DNA of 64,000 nucleotides, from the NCBI RefSeq assembly GCF_009914755.1, contig NC_060938.1. One strand, given 5' to 3'. The first letter of the stretch is position 1. The number at the start of each line of letters is the position of its first letter. A program made the position numbers and the translations under genes. The notes under the pieces were generated by a model. It saw only the letters and a list, made by a program, of their open reading frames with translations. It was not told the DNA's origin and searched no databases. Of this stretch, positions 16,055 to 29,215 are shown piece by piece. This DNA is from the human T2T-CHM13v2.0 reference genome, Homo sapiens.

Positions 16055-16215
16055 TCTAAAGTGTTCTGGATTGCCTTTTATCTGCCAAATGCAGATTCTC
16101 AGACTGTGCCCCACATCTGCTGGGTCAGAATCTCTAAAGGTGCGGGGCCAGGAATTTTCATTTTAAACACTTCACAGGAGATCTTCACAGACAATGAAAA
16201 GGTGAGAACCACAAG
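16055..16215. mobile_element. MER5-family hAT-Charlie MITE
   Basis: aaatgcagattctc...tcagaatctct...ggggccaggaat...gagaaccac. Confidence 0.7.
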
Positions 16216-17399
16216 TTGAGGCACCAAACATGAAAACACTCAGTACTGGTAAGTGTTTTATGGAAGACAGAAGCCAATTTCTAGATACCAACACTGTGGT
16301 TACTGCTCAAAAGCTCTATCAATGAAGTTATTACATACTAAAATAATGTGGTGTGTGTGTGTTTGAAATATTGTGTGTGTCTGAGGATGTATGTGTTTGA
16401 GAGAGACTGTGAGTGTGTGTGTGCATATGAATGTATTTATACTGCAGGACACATACCACTCGTGGGTCAGACTCGCTGGATTATGGCTGTACCACTAATT
16501 GCATCTGGTTTCTATGACTTTGCTCAGGCTTCCACAGAACAAAGTCAGACACAATCTTGTCAAATTTGATCCCTATGAATTTCATGAACTGGGGAATCAC
16601 AGTAAAGTCTGTTGAACACTTGCCTTTAGCTCATACTAATTAATTAGCACAAGTAAAGCTGCACAAGCTGTATTTTATAAAAAGTTTCTCAGAGATCTCT
16701 GAGCTTGACTCTCCTACTAAAATTGGGGGCCAGGATTCCTACAAGTTACAAGGCTGGCCACTTTATATTTCCTAAAAGATTATTTGCACCCACCTCACCC
16801 CAACAGGCTCAAATAAGCTTTTGTTACCTTTCAGCCACAACAACTCAACAGTGTTGAGTGCCTTTCATTCAAATACATATAAGCGAGATAGTCCTGTTTC
16901 TGCATGACAAATGGTAGCAAAATCTCAGTTTTCTTCTTGCTCTTTCAGTCTTTTTTCTCCTAGGTGGGCCCAGTCTTTGCATTTCAATTCAGTTCAGTTC
17001 AATTTAACAAACATTTACCGTATTCAGTGCCAGCTAAGTTCCACACACTATTCTAAGTGCTATTTGTTTTTCCAGGCCAGGATGAGGTAAGGGACAGTGA
17101 ATGGAGAAAGATGAAGGAGATCCTATCTTGCCCTCAAAGAGTTTCCAACATGTTTCTATACAAATAACTATGCTCTACTCAAAATGTAATGAATGTTAAA
17201 CCAGTAAATTACCCAAAGTTTAGAAAGAGGGAAGGATTTTCTCTTGAAAGTTTGGGAAAGTGCACTTGATCAGGATCTTAAAGGAGGGTAAACATATTTG
17301 TGCCTCATTTCTTTGGGCCTTGAACTACCTACCCCAAACATGTTTTAATTCTATAATAGTGTTGCACAAACAATCACAACTGAATTTTTTTGAACATTT

Positions 17400-17620
17400 A
17401 TTCCTACATATCTATGCATTATATGTAATATATGTATATGTATTCCTCACAATAGCCCTGCATAATAAACACTGTTATTATCCCCATTTCTCAGATGAGG
17501 AAATTGAGGCAGAGAGAGATTAAAGTAACAAACCCAAGGTAACACAGCTAGTAAGCAGTAGAACCAGTTTTTGATCCCAGGGAGTCTGAATCCAGAGCTG
17601 GAGGGCTTAAACACCATGTT
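17400..17620 (-). mobile_element. MIR
   Basis: Core ccccatttctcagatgaggaaattgaggcagagag. Confidence 0.8.
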
Positions 17621-18189
17621 GCAATGTACATACATTTTATATTTTATGCCACCAACAACCTGTCTTATGTTTTTCTTTTTCTGCCTACCCAAATATTTTT
17701 TCTCTCCAAGTTAGCAGGTTAGCATCCTTTTTTCCTCTTTCAATATTTCTACTACTTGGTGAGAAGAATGACTACACATTTTCTAATGCTTCATTTTGCT
17801 TTTAGTCTCAGTATTTTACAGGTGATTACAGAAAGCCCAGTTTGAAGACTACATGCCTAAAGTGAGTCTCTCCTCCATGCTGCTTGTGTTTTGTCCCAGA
17901 GGCTCACTGAGGAAGAGTCACATGAGCAGGCTCACTGAAGATAGCAGGGCTATGGATGATTAAACCTAGACCTACACTAGTGAAGATGTTATAAATGTGT
18001 GTTTCAATGGTTCTACTTAAATATGATTGCTGCACCAACTTTCACTAAACCCTTCTTGGGCATGCCTGACAATCTAGATTTCTGCCCAAGGAAAGCAAAA
18101 GCTTCTCATTCAGATCCTTTTAGACCTTTGTGTTTTTAGATACCCAGAAGCACAAAGTTAACAGCCACATACTCAACACCCACAGTGGG

Positions 18190-18430
18190 AAGCAGCATAT
18201 CATGGGTATTGAGAATCTTCAGAATCAAACAAAATAGGAGTTAAATACTGACATTGCTACCAACCTGCTTTGTGCCTGCTTAATCTCTCTGTACCTCAGT
18301 TTACACTTCGGTGAAATGAGGATAAGAATATCTCCCTGACAGCATTTTTTGTGTGTGTGAGGACTGAATAAAGTCATATTTGTAAAATGCTTAGCAAAGC
18401 ATCTGCCTCATAGTCAGCAAACCATAGTTA
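18190..18430 (+). mobile_element. MIR
   Basis: cttaatctctctgtacctcagtttacacttcggtgaaatgaggataag. Confidence 0.7.
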
Positions 18431-18983
18431 TAATTTTTACAATTTCAATATAATGGGGAAAGCAGTGTGGGGTACTTTAAGGTTTGGAAGGAAGGGATCA
18501 AAAGCAAAGAGCTCAGAATTGAGTGCTCCACTGCAAATTGTGCCATATTCTTTGTTAATCCACCTGGCCCAAGGAAGTGATTTACTGTGTTCATTAAAGC
18601 AGAACATTTAGAGGAAGAAAAGAAGGGCAGTTGTGCTGGAAACAATACCACAAGGACCCTAAATGTCCTCCATGCACTACTCCCTGATCCCAGTGCCCCA
18701 GACCACACCCACAACTCCACCCTTCTCTGAACCTCATTCCACATCTCATGAGGGGCCTAGCTCCTGCTTCCACTTCAGTGCTAGGACGTGCCAACTTCTT
18801 CATGCTACATCAAGGCCCAGCTTCATATTGATGTGCTGAAATTTCCCTTGAGACTTCCTCTCTGACCCATGGATTATTGAGGAGCATGCTGTTTAATTTC
18901 CAAATATTTGGTGATTTTCCAGTTATCTTTCTATTATATGTTTCCATTTAATTCCATTATGGTCTAAAAACATATTCTATGTG

Positions 18984-21261
18984 TGATGTGCTTTGGCTGT
19001 GTCTTCACCCAAATCTCATCTTAAATTGTAACTCCCACAGTTCCCATGTGTCATGGGAGGAAGCCGGCAGGGGGTGATTGAATACTGGGGGTGGGTCTTT
19101 CCTATGCTGTTCTCGTAATAATGAATGAGTCTCACAAGATCTGATGGTTCTAAAAATAGGAGTTTCCCTGTACAAGCTCTCTCTTTGCCTGCCGCCATCC
19201 ATGTAAGATGTGACTTGCTCCTCATTGCCTTCTGCCATGATTGTGAGTCCTCCCCAGCCATGTGGAACTGTAAGTCCATTAAGCCTCTTTTTTTACCCCA
19301 GTCCCAGGTATGTCTTTATCAGCAGCATGAAAATGGACTAATACAGTAAATTGGTACCAGGAGTGGGGTGTTGCTGAAAAGATACCAGAAAATTGAAACT
19401 GTGTAACGGAAAAAGTTGGAACAGTTTGAAGGGCTCAGAAGAAAACAGGAAAATGTGGGAAAGTTTGGAACTTCCTAGAGACTTGTTGAATGGCTTTGAC
19501 AAAAATGATGATAGTGATATGGACAATAAGGTCCAGGCTGAGGTGGTCTCAGATAGAGATGAGGAACTTTTTGGGAACTGAAGCAAAGGTGACTCTTATT
19601 ATGTTTTAGCAAAGAGACTGATGGCATTTTGCCTCTGCCCTAGAGACTTGTGGAACTTTGAACTTGAGAGAGATGATTTAGGGAATTTGCAGAAGAAATT
19701 TCTAAGCAGAAAAGCATTCAAGAGGTGACTTGGGTGCTGTTAAAGGCATTCAGTTTTAAAAGAAAAACAAGGCATAAAAGTTTAGAAAATTTGCAGCCTG
19801 ACAATGCTATAGAAAAGAAAATCCCATTTTCTGAGCAGAAATTCAAGCTGGCTGCAGAAATTTGCATAAGTAACAAGGAGTTAAATGTTTATCACCAAGG
19901 CAATGGGGAAAATGTCTCCAGGGCATGTCAGAGACCTTTGGGGTAGCCCCTCCCATCACAGGCCTGGAGGTTTAGGAGGAAAAAATTATTTCCTGGGCCA
20001 GGCCCTGGGTCCCTCTGCTGTGTACAGTCTAGAAACTTGGTGCCCTGTGTCTTAGCTGCTCCAGCCATGGCTGAAAGGGACCAACATAGATCTCAAGCTA
20101 TGCCTTCAGAGGGTGCAAGCTCCAAGCCTTGGCAGTTTCCATGTGGTGTTGAGTCTGCAAGTGCACAAAAGTCAAGAATTGGGGTTTGGAAACCTCTGCC
20201 TAGATTTCAGAGGATGTATGGAAATGCCTGGATGCCCAGGCAGAAGTTTGCTGCAGGGGTGGTTCCCTCATGCAGAACCTCTGCTAGGGCAGTGTGGAAG
20301 GGAAATGTGGGGTTGGAGCCCCCACATGGAGTCCCTACTGGGGCACCACTTAGTGGAGCTGTGAGAAGAGGGCCACCATTCTCCAGACCACAGAATGGTA
20401 GATCCACCGACAGCTTGCACCATGTGCCTGGAAAAGCTGCAGACACTCAACACCAGCCCATGAAAGCAGCTGAGAGGGAGGCTGCTCCCTACAAAGCCAC
20501 AGGGGCAGAGCTGCCCAAGACCATGGCAACCCACCTCTTGTGTCAGCATGATATGGATGCGAGTCATGGAGTCAAAGGAGATCATCTTGGAGCTTTACAA
20601 TTTGACTGCCCTGCTGGATTTCAGACTTACATGGGGCCTATAGCCCCTTTATTTTGGCCAATTTCTCTCATTTGGAACAGCTGTATTTACCCAATGCCTG
20701 TACCCCCATTGTGTCTAGGAAGTAACTAACTTGCTTTTGATTTTACAGGCTTATAGGCAGAAGGGACTTGAGATAAGATATTGGACTGTGGACTTTTGAG
20801 TTAACGTCAAAATGAGTTAAGACTTTGGGGGACTGTTAGGAGGACAAGGGTGGTTTTGAAATGTGAAGACATGAGATTTGGGAGGGGTCAGGGAGGGAAT
20901 GATATGGTTTGGCTGTGTCTCCACCCAAATCTCATCTTAAATTGTAACTCCCACATTTCCCATGTGTCATGGGAGGAACCCAGTGGGAAGTGATTGAATT
21001 ATGGAGGCGGGTCTTTCCTGTGCTGTTCTTGTGACAGCCAATGAGTCTCACGAGATCTGATGGTTTTAAAAACGGACATTTCCCTACACAAGCTCTCTCT
21101 TTGCCTGCTGTCATCCATGTAAGATGTGACTTGCTCCTCCTTGCCTTCTACCATGATTGTGAGGCCTCCCAGCCATGTGGAACTGTAAGTCCATTAAACC
21201 TTTTTTCCTCAGATAAAGGATATGTCTTTATCAGCAGTGGGAAAACAGACTAATAAATACA
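18984..21261 (+). mobile_element. Complete THE1 (A/B-like) MaLR element: LTR-internal-LTR
   Basis: 5' LTR 18984-19345, internal 19346-20899 with purine tract before the 3' LTR, 3' LTR 20900-21261; TG...CA ends; 5-bp TSD ATGTG (18979-18983, 21262-21266); ORF 20037-20729 is the MaLR internal ORF relic. Confidence 0.95.
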
Positions 21262-21467
21262 ATGTGATTTCCCTTCTTTTAATTTTGTTAAGGTTTACTT
21301 TATAGCTCAGAATATGGTTTATGTTAGTGAATGTTTCATGTGTGTTTGAGAAGAATATGTGTTCTACTGCCACTGGGTGGAGTGGTCTATAAATGCCAAT
21401 TAGGTCAAGTTACTGGAAAATGCTGTTTAGGTCTCGTTTTTTTTAATTTTAAAATCAAAAAAAAATT

Positions 21468-21619
21468 TTTAGAGAGGGGGGTCTCACTCTGTCACCCAGG
21501 CTGGAGTGCACTGGTGCCATCTTAGCTCACTGAAGCCGTGAACTTCTGGGCTCAAGTCATCCTCCCACCTCAGCCTCCTGAGTAGCTGGAACTATAGGCA
21601 TGAACCACCATGCCCAGCC
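21468..21619 (-). mobile_element. Alu right-arm monomer (FRAM/AluJ)
   Basis: Reverse right-arm sequence. Confidence 0.8.
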
Positions 21620-22150
21620 CATCTATATTTTTAGTTATTTTCTGTCAACTTGTTTTATCAATTACTGTGAGAGAAGTGTTGAAGACTGCCATTATAATCA
21701 TAGTATTTGTCTGTTTATTTACTTCTGTCAGTTCTTTACTCATCTGTTTTGAAGCTCTATTTTTAAATGCATACACATTTGGGATTGCTGTATGTTCTTG
21801 GGAAAATTGACTCCTTTTTCATTATGTAAAGTTTCTCTTTATCCCTGATCATTTTTGTTATTCTGAAGTCTACTTCATCTGAAATTAGTGTACTTACTCC
21901 AGCTTTCATTTAGTTTGTGTTTTCATTTTATATCTTTTTCCATCTTTTTACTTTTTGATCTAAACCTTTACATTTAAAGTGGGTTTGTTGTACACAACAT
22001 GTAATTGGATCTTGCTGTTTTATCCAATCTAACAAACTCTGTCTTTTAACTGGTGTGTTTACATCATTTACATTTAAAGTGATTATTGGTATATTGGTAT
22101 CATTGGATTAAACTCTACCATCTTGCTAGTTATTTTCTATTCATTGCCCC

Positions 22151-22300
22151 TTTTTTTTTTCCTGAGCTAGGATCTTGCTCTGTCATGACCAGGCTGGAGT
22201 GCAGTGGCTCACTGCAGCCTTGAACTCCTGGCCTCAAGCAATCCTCCTGCCTCAGCCTCCCATTTACTGGGATTACAGGTATGACCCACCATGCCTGGCT
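22151..22300 (-). mobile_element. Alu monomer (FRAM/AluJ)
   Basis: Reverse right-arm sequence with T tail. Confidence 0.8.
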
Positions 22301-22747
22301 TTAGTTTCTATTTTCTCCTTTCTGCTTTTTCCAAGTTTAATTGAGTATTTTCATAATTCCATTTTATCTTTTCCATTGACTTGTTATTTATCTCTTTTAA
22401 AGAAAAACATTTAAAATGGTTAACTAGAGTTGTAATATACTTTTCAGTTATAAAAAGTTTGATTACTTTGTATTTCCTAAAGATGGGTTGGGAGGGGGCT
22501 GTGGTTTCATTACCTTCTGAGAAAAACTTTAAGATCTTTTGGTTAAAATAGAATCTAAATAGAATGTTGAAGTATGGCATGGCATTTCCATTTTAACAGA
22601 ATTTTAAAATGGCATTTCATTTGCAATCAATGAACTAACTCACACACATATTTTTTTGACATGAGAAGATTAACTCAAGGTAAAAAAATACTGTTTTGTA
22701 TTTGTATGCAATAAAAATTATATAAAAAGGAAAATGCAATGAAATTT

Positions 22748-23160
22748 TATATTACTCTTTTCTCTGTTGCTATAACTGAATATCTGCAACTAGGTAATTT
22801 ATAAAGAAAAGAAATTTATTTCTTATAGTTCTGGATACTGGAAAGTCCAAGGCCTAGGGGCTGCTTCTGGTGACCACCTTCTTGCCGGTGGGAAATCTCT
22901 GCAGAGTCCTGAGGCAACACGGGGCATCATATGGTGAGAGGACTCATAAGAGATGGCCAAACTGGCTTTTATAACAGACCAACTCTCATGATAACTAACC
23001 CATTCCCTCAATAATCCATTAATCTAATTAACAGTCCATTCACAAGGGCAGAGTCCTCATGACATAATCATCACCCAAAGGTCCCACCCCTCAACACTGC
23101 TATACTGGGGACCAAGTTTCTAACACACAAACTTTTGAGGGACACATTTAAACCACAGCA
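22748..23160 (-). mobile_element. MST/MLT1A-like solo LTR
   Basis: tgttgctataactgaa...gtaatttataaagaaaagaaatttatt...cacatttaaaccacagca. Confidence 0.8.
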
Positions 23161-24119
23161 TGTTTTAAATTGCTCAGCTTAATTCTCCTAAAAAGAAGTA
23201 GCCAGAAATTATACACTCTTGCTCATTAGGAAAACAGTAGAGAATTTTTCCATTCTAGAGATGTAATTCTCATTTTTGTTGAGATTACAATTCCTTTGAG
23301 ACTCTGATGAATTGTGCCCAAGGAAAACACACATGCTCATCTCTTCACCAAATTTTGCTTATAATTTCAAGGAATTTGCTGACTTCCTCGAGAGTCTTGA
23401 AATCCCTAGTTAGGGAACCCACCCTAAAATAAGTAAGAAAGCTGTCAATGAGTATTGTGTTGTAACCACATATCTTGGTATGTAGATCATATAGCAGAAG
23501 TTTCAGGTCTGACCTGAGCTTCTTGGGTAGGGCAATGGAAAACCTTGAACTCCATTTATTGTTTAAGCAGCCCTTGGGCCAGGTCACACCCAAGGCCCAG
23601 TTCTGAGTTTTGTCACCTACTCAGTCCCTGAGCCTTAGTGTGACAACACTGTAGCCTCTTCAATGACCAAAGAAAGGTTGGATGGTGAGAGTCAGATTGC
23701 TGATCTAGATGGCCAGCAATCCCTAGAACATGTTTATCCTCTTTTGTGCTAGAATGTAGAGTCCTTCCACACGCAACACAAACAACTGCTTAAATTGTGA
23801 CTACAAACCAAGACAAATTTGTTCATGAGCAAATTTTTAAACTAACATGAAAACTACCTTTAACACGATATAGATTCAAGCAATACTTACTTGTATTTTT
23901 AAAAGAATAGTCTCCTATTTACACTTTAAAAAGTCAGATCACAAAGTGTTTAATAGCAATGAATCTTAAACAAACCACTCCTTTCTTACTCTTCTGCTAG
24001 GTTCCAAAATCTCTCTCCAACTATGACACCCTCCTGGATCAATCAAAAGAAAGTTATTTGATTCCTCTCAGTAAAATTTATTTAAATAAATAACACCATT
24101 GACTTTACTCTTTTACTAA

Positions 24120-24420
<301 letters not shown>

Positions 24421-25141
24421 AAGCACTTTCCATTGTTTGTATTCCATTTTTTAATGTATCTGTTCCTTTTAAAGATTTAACTATTGTCAAGATATGTATC
24501 TCATTTGCCAGAGTATAAATCCTTAAACAGCAGGAGTCTTTTCTGTTCCACCATGCTCTGATTTGAAGTAAGAATGAACTTCCCCTGAAAAAACTCATAG
24601 CCTTGCTCTGTGGCTTGTGTGCTATGGGTGGCTCTCATCTGTCCCTCTGTTCCATGCCTTGTAGGCTTGTGGACCTTCACGGGAACAGAAGCCTGTTCCC
24701 CTTTGGGCTTCATGAACTCCACTTACCTCCCAATTGACAGAATGCCACATTGAAGTATTTTTAAATACTTTTAAATAGAGATGATAGATCAGATTTCAAT
24801 TTTTATTAATACATCTACCTTCCAAATAGTAAAAATAATGGAGTGTTTACATTAACCAAAATGAATGGAACCCTATGAAAATAATCGTTAAAGGGACTGG
24901 CTAATCTGTGGCCCAGAAACTCACTTTGGCATTTGAAAAATGGCCCGGGATTTAGTAGGATCATTGCCAGGTTTCACCTGAGACTCATCACATGACACAT
25001 CATGCTTGTGTCTGTTTCTTCAGCAAATTGGGATTTTATTATTTTTAAAGTCTCCACATCTGTAGACAAAATGTACCATATAAATACTGCCTTTCAACTT
25101 GCATACGAGTGCATGAAGATAAGTGATATTTATGATTTTAA

Positions 25142-26225
25142 GTTGTTTATTGTAAAATAATTTACACTTATCTTGCTGTCTTCAGTAATTAAAACAATGG
25201 AGGAACACTTTCTTCTGACAAAGACAACAGTAAGCTAAAAACAAAATCAGCTGGCTGAATTTTCCTTCTTTACCCCTTGTCTGAGGATGGAACTTGATTT
25301 TCATTAATCCAGAGCTACAGCACCAAAGATAATTTCAGTCAACTCTTTTGTGATGACAGCTTGGCGGGTACAGTTGAATGTCAATGTCAATTTGTCAATC
25401 ATCTCAGAGGCATTCTTGCTGGTGTTGTCCATGGCTGTCATCCTGGCACTCTGCTCACTAGTGGTGGACTCCTTCAGAGAGTAGTAGATGCTGTTGGCCA
25501 GACTGTATTCCTGGTAATTTTGCAGCACCTCAGCATCAATATTATAGTAGATACTCATGCTCTTGGCACTTGCAATGGTATTAAGGAAAAAGATGGGCTT
25601 TTCTTCAGTCTTATACGAGATGACAGACTTGAACTGATTAAAGACGATGGAGCCTTCATCAAATTCATATCCAGAATTTAGTAATTCAAGGGCAATGACT
25701 GACACATTTCCAAAAGCAGGGGGATTTCTTCTCACTTCTTTTAATGCCACCAGAAACTGGTCAGAATGCATCCTGTAAAGTACGCCCCTGATTTTGTCAC
25801 CAATTCCAACAAGCATAACTTCTTTCCCAGCTGCTGTTAGTGTAGCAACCTCGCTTTTCATCTGTTTAGCAATGGAGGAATGAATAGCGCCACACAGTCC
25901 TCGATCTGAGGACACACCAATAAGGAGGTGTTTCTTGTTGTCTTCAGGCACCTTGATACCAGCTTTTTCTCCAGAGCCAAAGATCCCAATCCATATATTC
26001 AAGCTGGTTTCAGCTCTCTCTCAGCTTGGGCGTATTTTGCTGCTGCTACCATTTGCATAGACTTGGTAATTTTCTGGATGTTTTTGATGGACTTTAGTCG
26101 CTTGGTAACATCTTTCGAAGTTGCTGTATTTCGAACTTGAATCCATTGTGGCTGCAAGGTCCAGGCCAACAGCCCAGTGATGCCCGCATGAGAGAACATG
26201 GTAGCCGCAGCCCTGCTGAAAGTCG
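25142..26225 (-). pseudogene. ATP5F1CP1: Processed pseudogene of ATP synthase F1 subunit gamma (ATP5F1C/ATP5C1)
   Basis: Intronless; ORFs 25999-26199 ([20 protein letters not shown]...ELKPA*) and 25304-26002 (...[21 protein letters not shown]...[18 protein letters not shown]) match human gamma subunit; TGA at codon 67 and 1-bp frameshift near 25970; both UTRs present; 19-bp direct repeat gtgatatttatgattttaa at 25123-25141 and 26226-26244. Locus symbol is from memory. Confidence 0.95.
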
Positions 26226-26257
26226 GTGATATTTATGATTTTAAAAAATTATTTTCC

Positions 26258-26564
26258 AGCCAGGCGCGGTAGCCCATGCCTGTAATCCCAGTACTTTGGG
26301 AGGCCGAAGTGGGGGGATCACCTGAGGTTAGGAGTTCAAGACCAGCCTGACCAACATGGAGAAACCACATCTCTGCTAAAAAAAATACAAAATTAACCGG
26401 GCATGGTGGTGCATGCCTGTAATCCCAGCTACTCACAAGGCTGAGGCAGGAGAATCACTTGAACCCAGGAGGCAGAGGTTGCGGTGAGCTGAGATTACGC
26501 CATTGCACTCCAGCCTGGGCGAAAGAGCAAGACTCTGTCTCAAAAAAAAAAAAAAAAAAAAAAA
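26258..26564 (+). mobile_element. AluSp/Sq
   Basis: cctgaccaacatggagaaacc and gaggttgcggtgag diagnostics; A23 tail; TSD core ttttcca. Confidence 0.93.
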
Positions 26565-28943
26565 TTTTCCAAATTTCCTGAATAAAAATGGTTTGAGAAA
26601 ACTACATTTTCCAGGATATACTGAAAGATCCCCAAAGGAAAACAAAGGCATCCACTTTTGTACATTTATATATTTTCATCGCTCTTTGAAATAATCAGAA
26701 TGTCAGGACTTTGGCATTTCTAAGGGAACACTCTCAGGTATTCTAACCTGATAGTTTTCATTCCTCCTTATTCTTTGTAATAGTTTATACTCTATAAAAG
26801 ATAAGCTTTTCTCTCACTATCAACTTTTCTTTCCACTTGATAAACAATGATGCTTTTTAATGGGTTCTGAAAGAAACTAAAATTAACCTAGATCAATTTC
26901 AGTGACTTCCTTATTTATACACCAACCTTCTTAACAATATCCTCAAAAACATCATCCAACAGAGCTCATCTATTCACCTCTGTCTTGAGCATCTTCTCTA
27001 TGAACAGTAGCTCTTTTTCAATTGCTTGGTAACACTAGGAAGACTTGAGTTTTCTCTTGGCGATAAGAAAAAAAAAAACACATTCCTGTTTTGATTCTGT
27101 TATTCTGAATAAAAATAAAACTAGAAAGCAAACATTTAAAAATTGACACGATTTTCTCTTTCTTGCATATGCTGTAGTTCTCACCCTAAAGTGAAGTGTT
27201 GCATATGATTTCTGATATTCCAAGTTTTCCAAAATTACATGCTGTGGTGTTATAATAATAGCCTTTTTCAGTGGAGCACCTAATACACTGACTTTTGGGT
27301 AAAGCACACTACTCAGGAAAAGTTAGCCACACAACATTTAGCCAATGATATTAACCACTGACAACCATGCAGTGTTGGACACTGATATATCCAAGGCGTA
27401 AGTGGCTGGGATGCCCACTGAAAGTCACTTGCTAACACTTCTGCCAACTGCAGTAAGTTCAAAGAAAGCTCTTCTTTTCTTAAAACACTACCACAAAGTC
27501 TCTTACTTTTTGAAAATTCAAGATTCAGAGCATAAAGGAAAATTGATAAGGGAAGAAAGGAGAAAGACATAGCTAAGGAGACAGAATTTGAAGAAGGTGC
27601 GGGATCAAGATCCTCAGTTGAGGTGAAAGATCCTTTGTAGACGAGTGAAGGACAAGGCTGGAAAGAAAATTTAGCCATTTTTCACCCCCTTACAATTTGG
27701 GTTGGGGAGACGAAGGGTTGTTCATCATCTTGATTTGTACAAGATCCTTATAAATCAACGAAGTCTGCCGTAGAAAAGTTTTAAAATTTTTGTTACCAAA
27801 TTTATCCATCATTTCTAATGGCTTCCAGGCTTGCATTCTGTTTAGAAAGGCTGGGCTCATTTCATTAATTCCACTGTTATAAATAATTTTACACATATTT
27901 TATTCTAGTAGTGTTATTGTTTGATTTTAAAATATTTTAATATTTGCTCTATTTTGGGTTTATTTTATGAAAGTTGTAAAGTATGGCAAACATCTTTCTT
28001 GATGTAATTTTATTTCAATGCAAATCTCACACGATGTACACTTGGATCAATCAACTGATCTTTGGCCATTTACTAAAGACCTACTACATGCCAAGCCAAC
28101 AAGGGATCCAAAAGAAATATGACATGGCAGTTGATTTCAAAGAACTTACCCTATAGTTGGGGGAAACAACTAACACCCTGAGACAATTCCAGAACCAGAC
28201 AGTGTATAATTAAGTACTAAATACTGTGGTACTGCCTAAAATTGCTGTGAAAGCTCAGAGGAAAGAGAGATCCACCTGGGCTGAAGTTGTCAGGGGAGAC
28301 TTTGCAGACAAGTTGGAACTTGAATTGAATACGTATTTCTCCAAATACTAAAACAGAAAGCAACAGGCTGTGTGTATGTGTCCGTGAGTGTGAGTAGTTC
28401 AGGAGGACGCCTGCTTTTCACAAAGCAACCTATCTACACAGACTAAATAGGATTTAGAAATTTACTTGCAGATTTGAGACAGGATTTTAGAGCAAGAAGT
28501 GGCAGAGTAGCGACTATGGCAGTAAGAAAGACGTGCCCTGGAGAGGAGTGTTTGCCTGTGAGTCTTACTGCCCTGGCATCTGCTAGATCCTCCCATTCCC
28601 TCTGCAAAGTACCCCTGAGGTTTCACCTACCCTGATGCTGCCAGAGAGTTCTGTCCAGTGTCGACAGGCATCCCCTCAATGCCTCTTTTCATGAGCAACT
28701 GGCTGAGGCCTCTCTTCTTGCACTACTTGAGTCACTACCACTCTAACTCTTAACCAGCCCAAACATCCTCAGGTAAGTGATAAACAGGGAATATCACCAC
28801 AGGATATCACTTCTACAAGTCTGTACTGCTGGTAGGAATAAAAGCTGGTTCAAATATTGCAGGAAGCAGAGGAGGGAGGGATGGGTGGTATTTACCTACA
28901 CATTTCAAAAGCCTTAAGTTTTTACGTATCTTTTGATCTAATC

Positions 28944-29065
28944 ATTCAACTTCTAGGAATTTCTTATTATTTATTTATTCATCTACTTATTTAATAAAAA
29001 TATATATTGCTTATTATATGGCAGGTACTGCTTTAAATATTTTTTAAATTTACTTATTTAATCTT
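28944..29065 (+). repeat. Left arm of local inverted duplication (partner 30923-31034)
   Basis: Its reverse complement aligns with 30923-31034 with small indels and few substitutions. Confidence 0.9.
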
Positions 29066-29215
29066 CGTAACAATCCCATGAGTTAGGCACTATTATTATC
29101 CTCATTTTATAGTTGAGGAAAATAAGGCACAGAGAGGTCAAGTAAGTTACATATGGTCACCAGCTAGTACATGGCAGAGCCAGTATTTAAACCCTTACGG
29201 TCTGACTTCTGAAGT
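29000..29215 (-). mobile_element. MIR
   Basis: cctcattttatagttgaggaaaataaggcacagagaggtcaagtaa. Confidence 0.8.

Larger units (their letters stand above)
18835..22440 (-). mobile_element. Old L1M (MC/MD-like) fragment interrupted by THE1 and Alu monomers
   Basis: Antisense L1 ORF2-like text is continuous across the THE1 insertion (18835-18983, then 21267 onward). Confidence 0.65.

Noticed and set aside
19249-19261. PRDM9 hotspot motif in the THE1 LTR
   Set aside because: Reads CCTCCCCAGCCAT (and CCTCCCAGCCAT in the 3' LTR), not the hot CCTCCCTAGCCAC variant
20037-20729. 230-aa ORF as a novel gene
   Set aside because: Remnant of the THE1 internal ORF; upstream parts are broken by stops and frameshifts
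25361-26140. Plus-strand ORFs of 106 and 70 aa
   Set aside because: Antisense shadows of the ATP5F1C pseudogene
27313-27678. 121-aa minus-strand ORF in unique DNA
   Set aside because: No recognisable family; composition is typical of a chance ORF
28770-28778. Perfect splice donor CAG|GTAAGT, and similar isolated sites near 17085 and 17860
   Set aside because: No coherent coding exon; expected by chance at this window size
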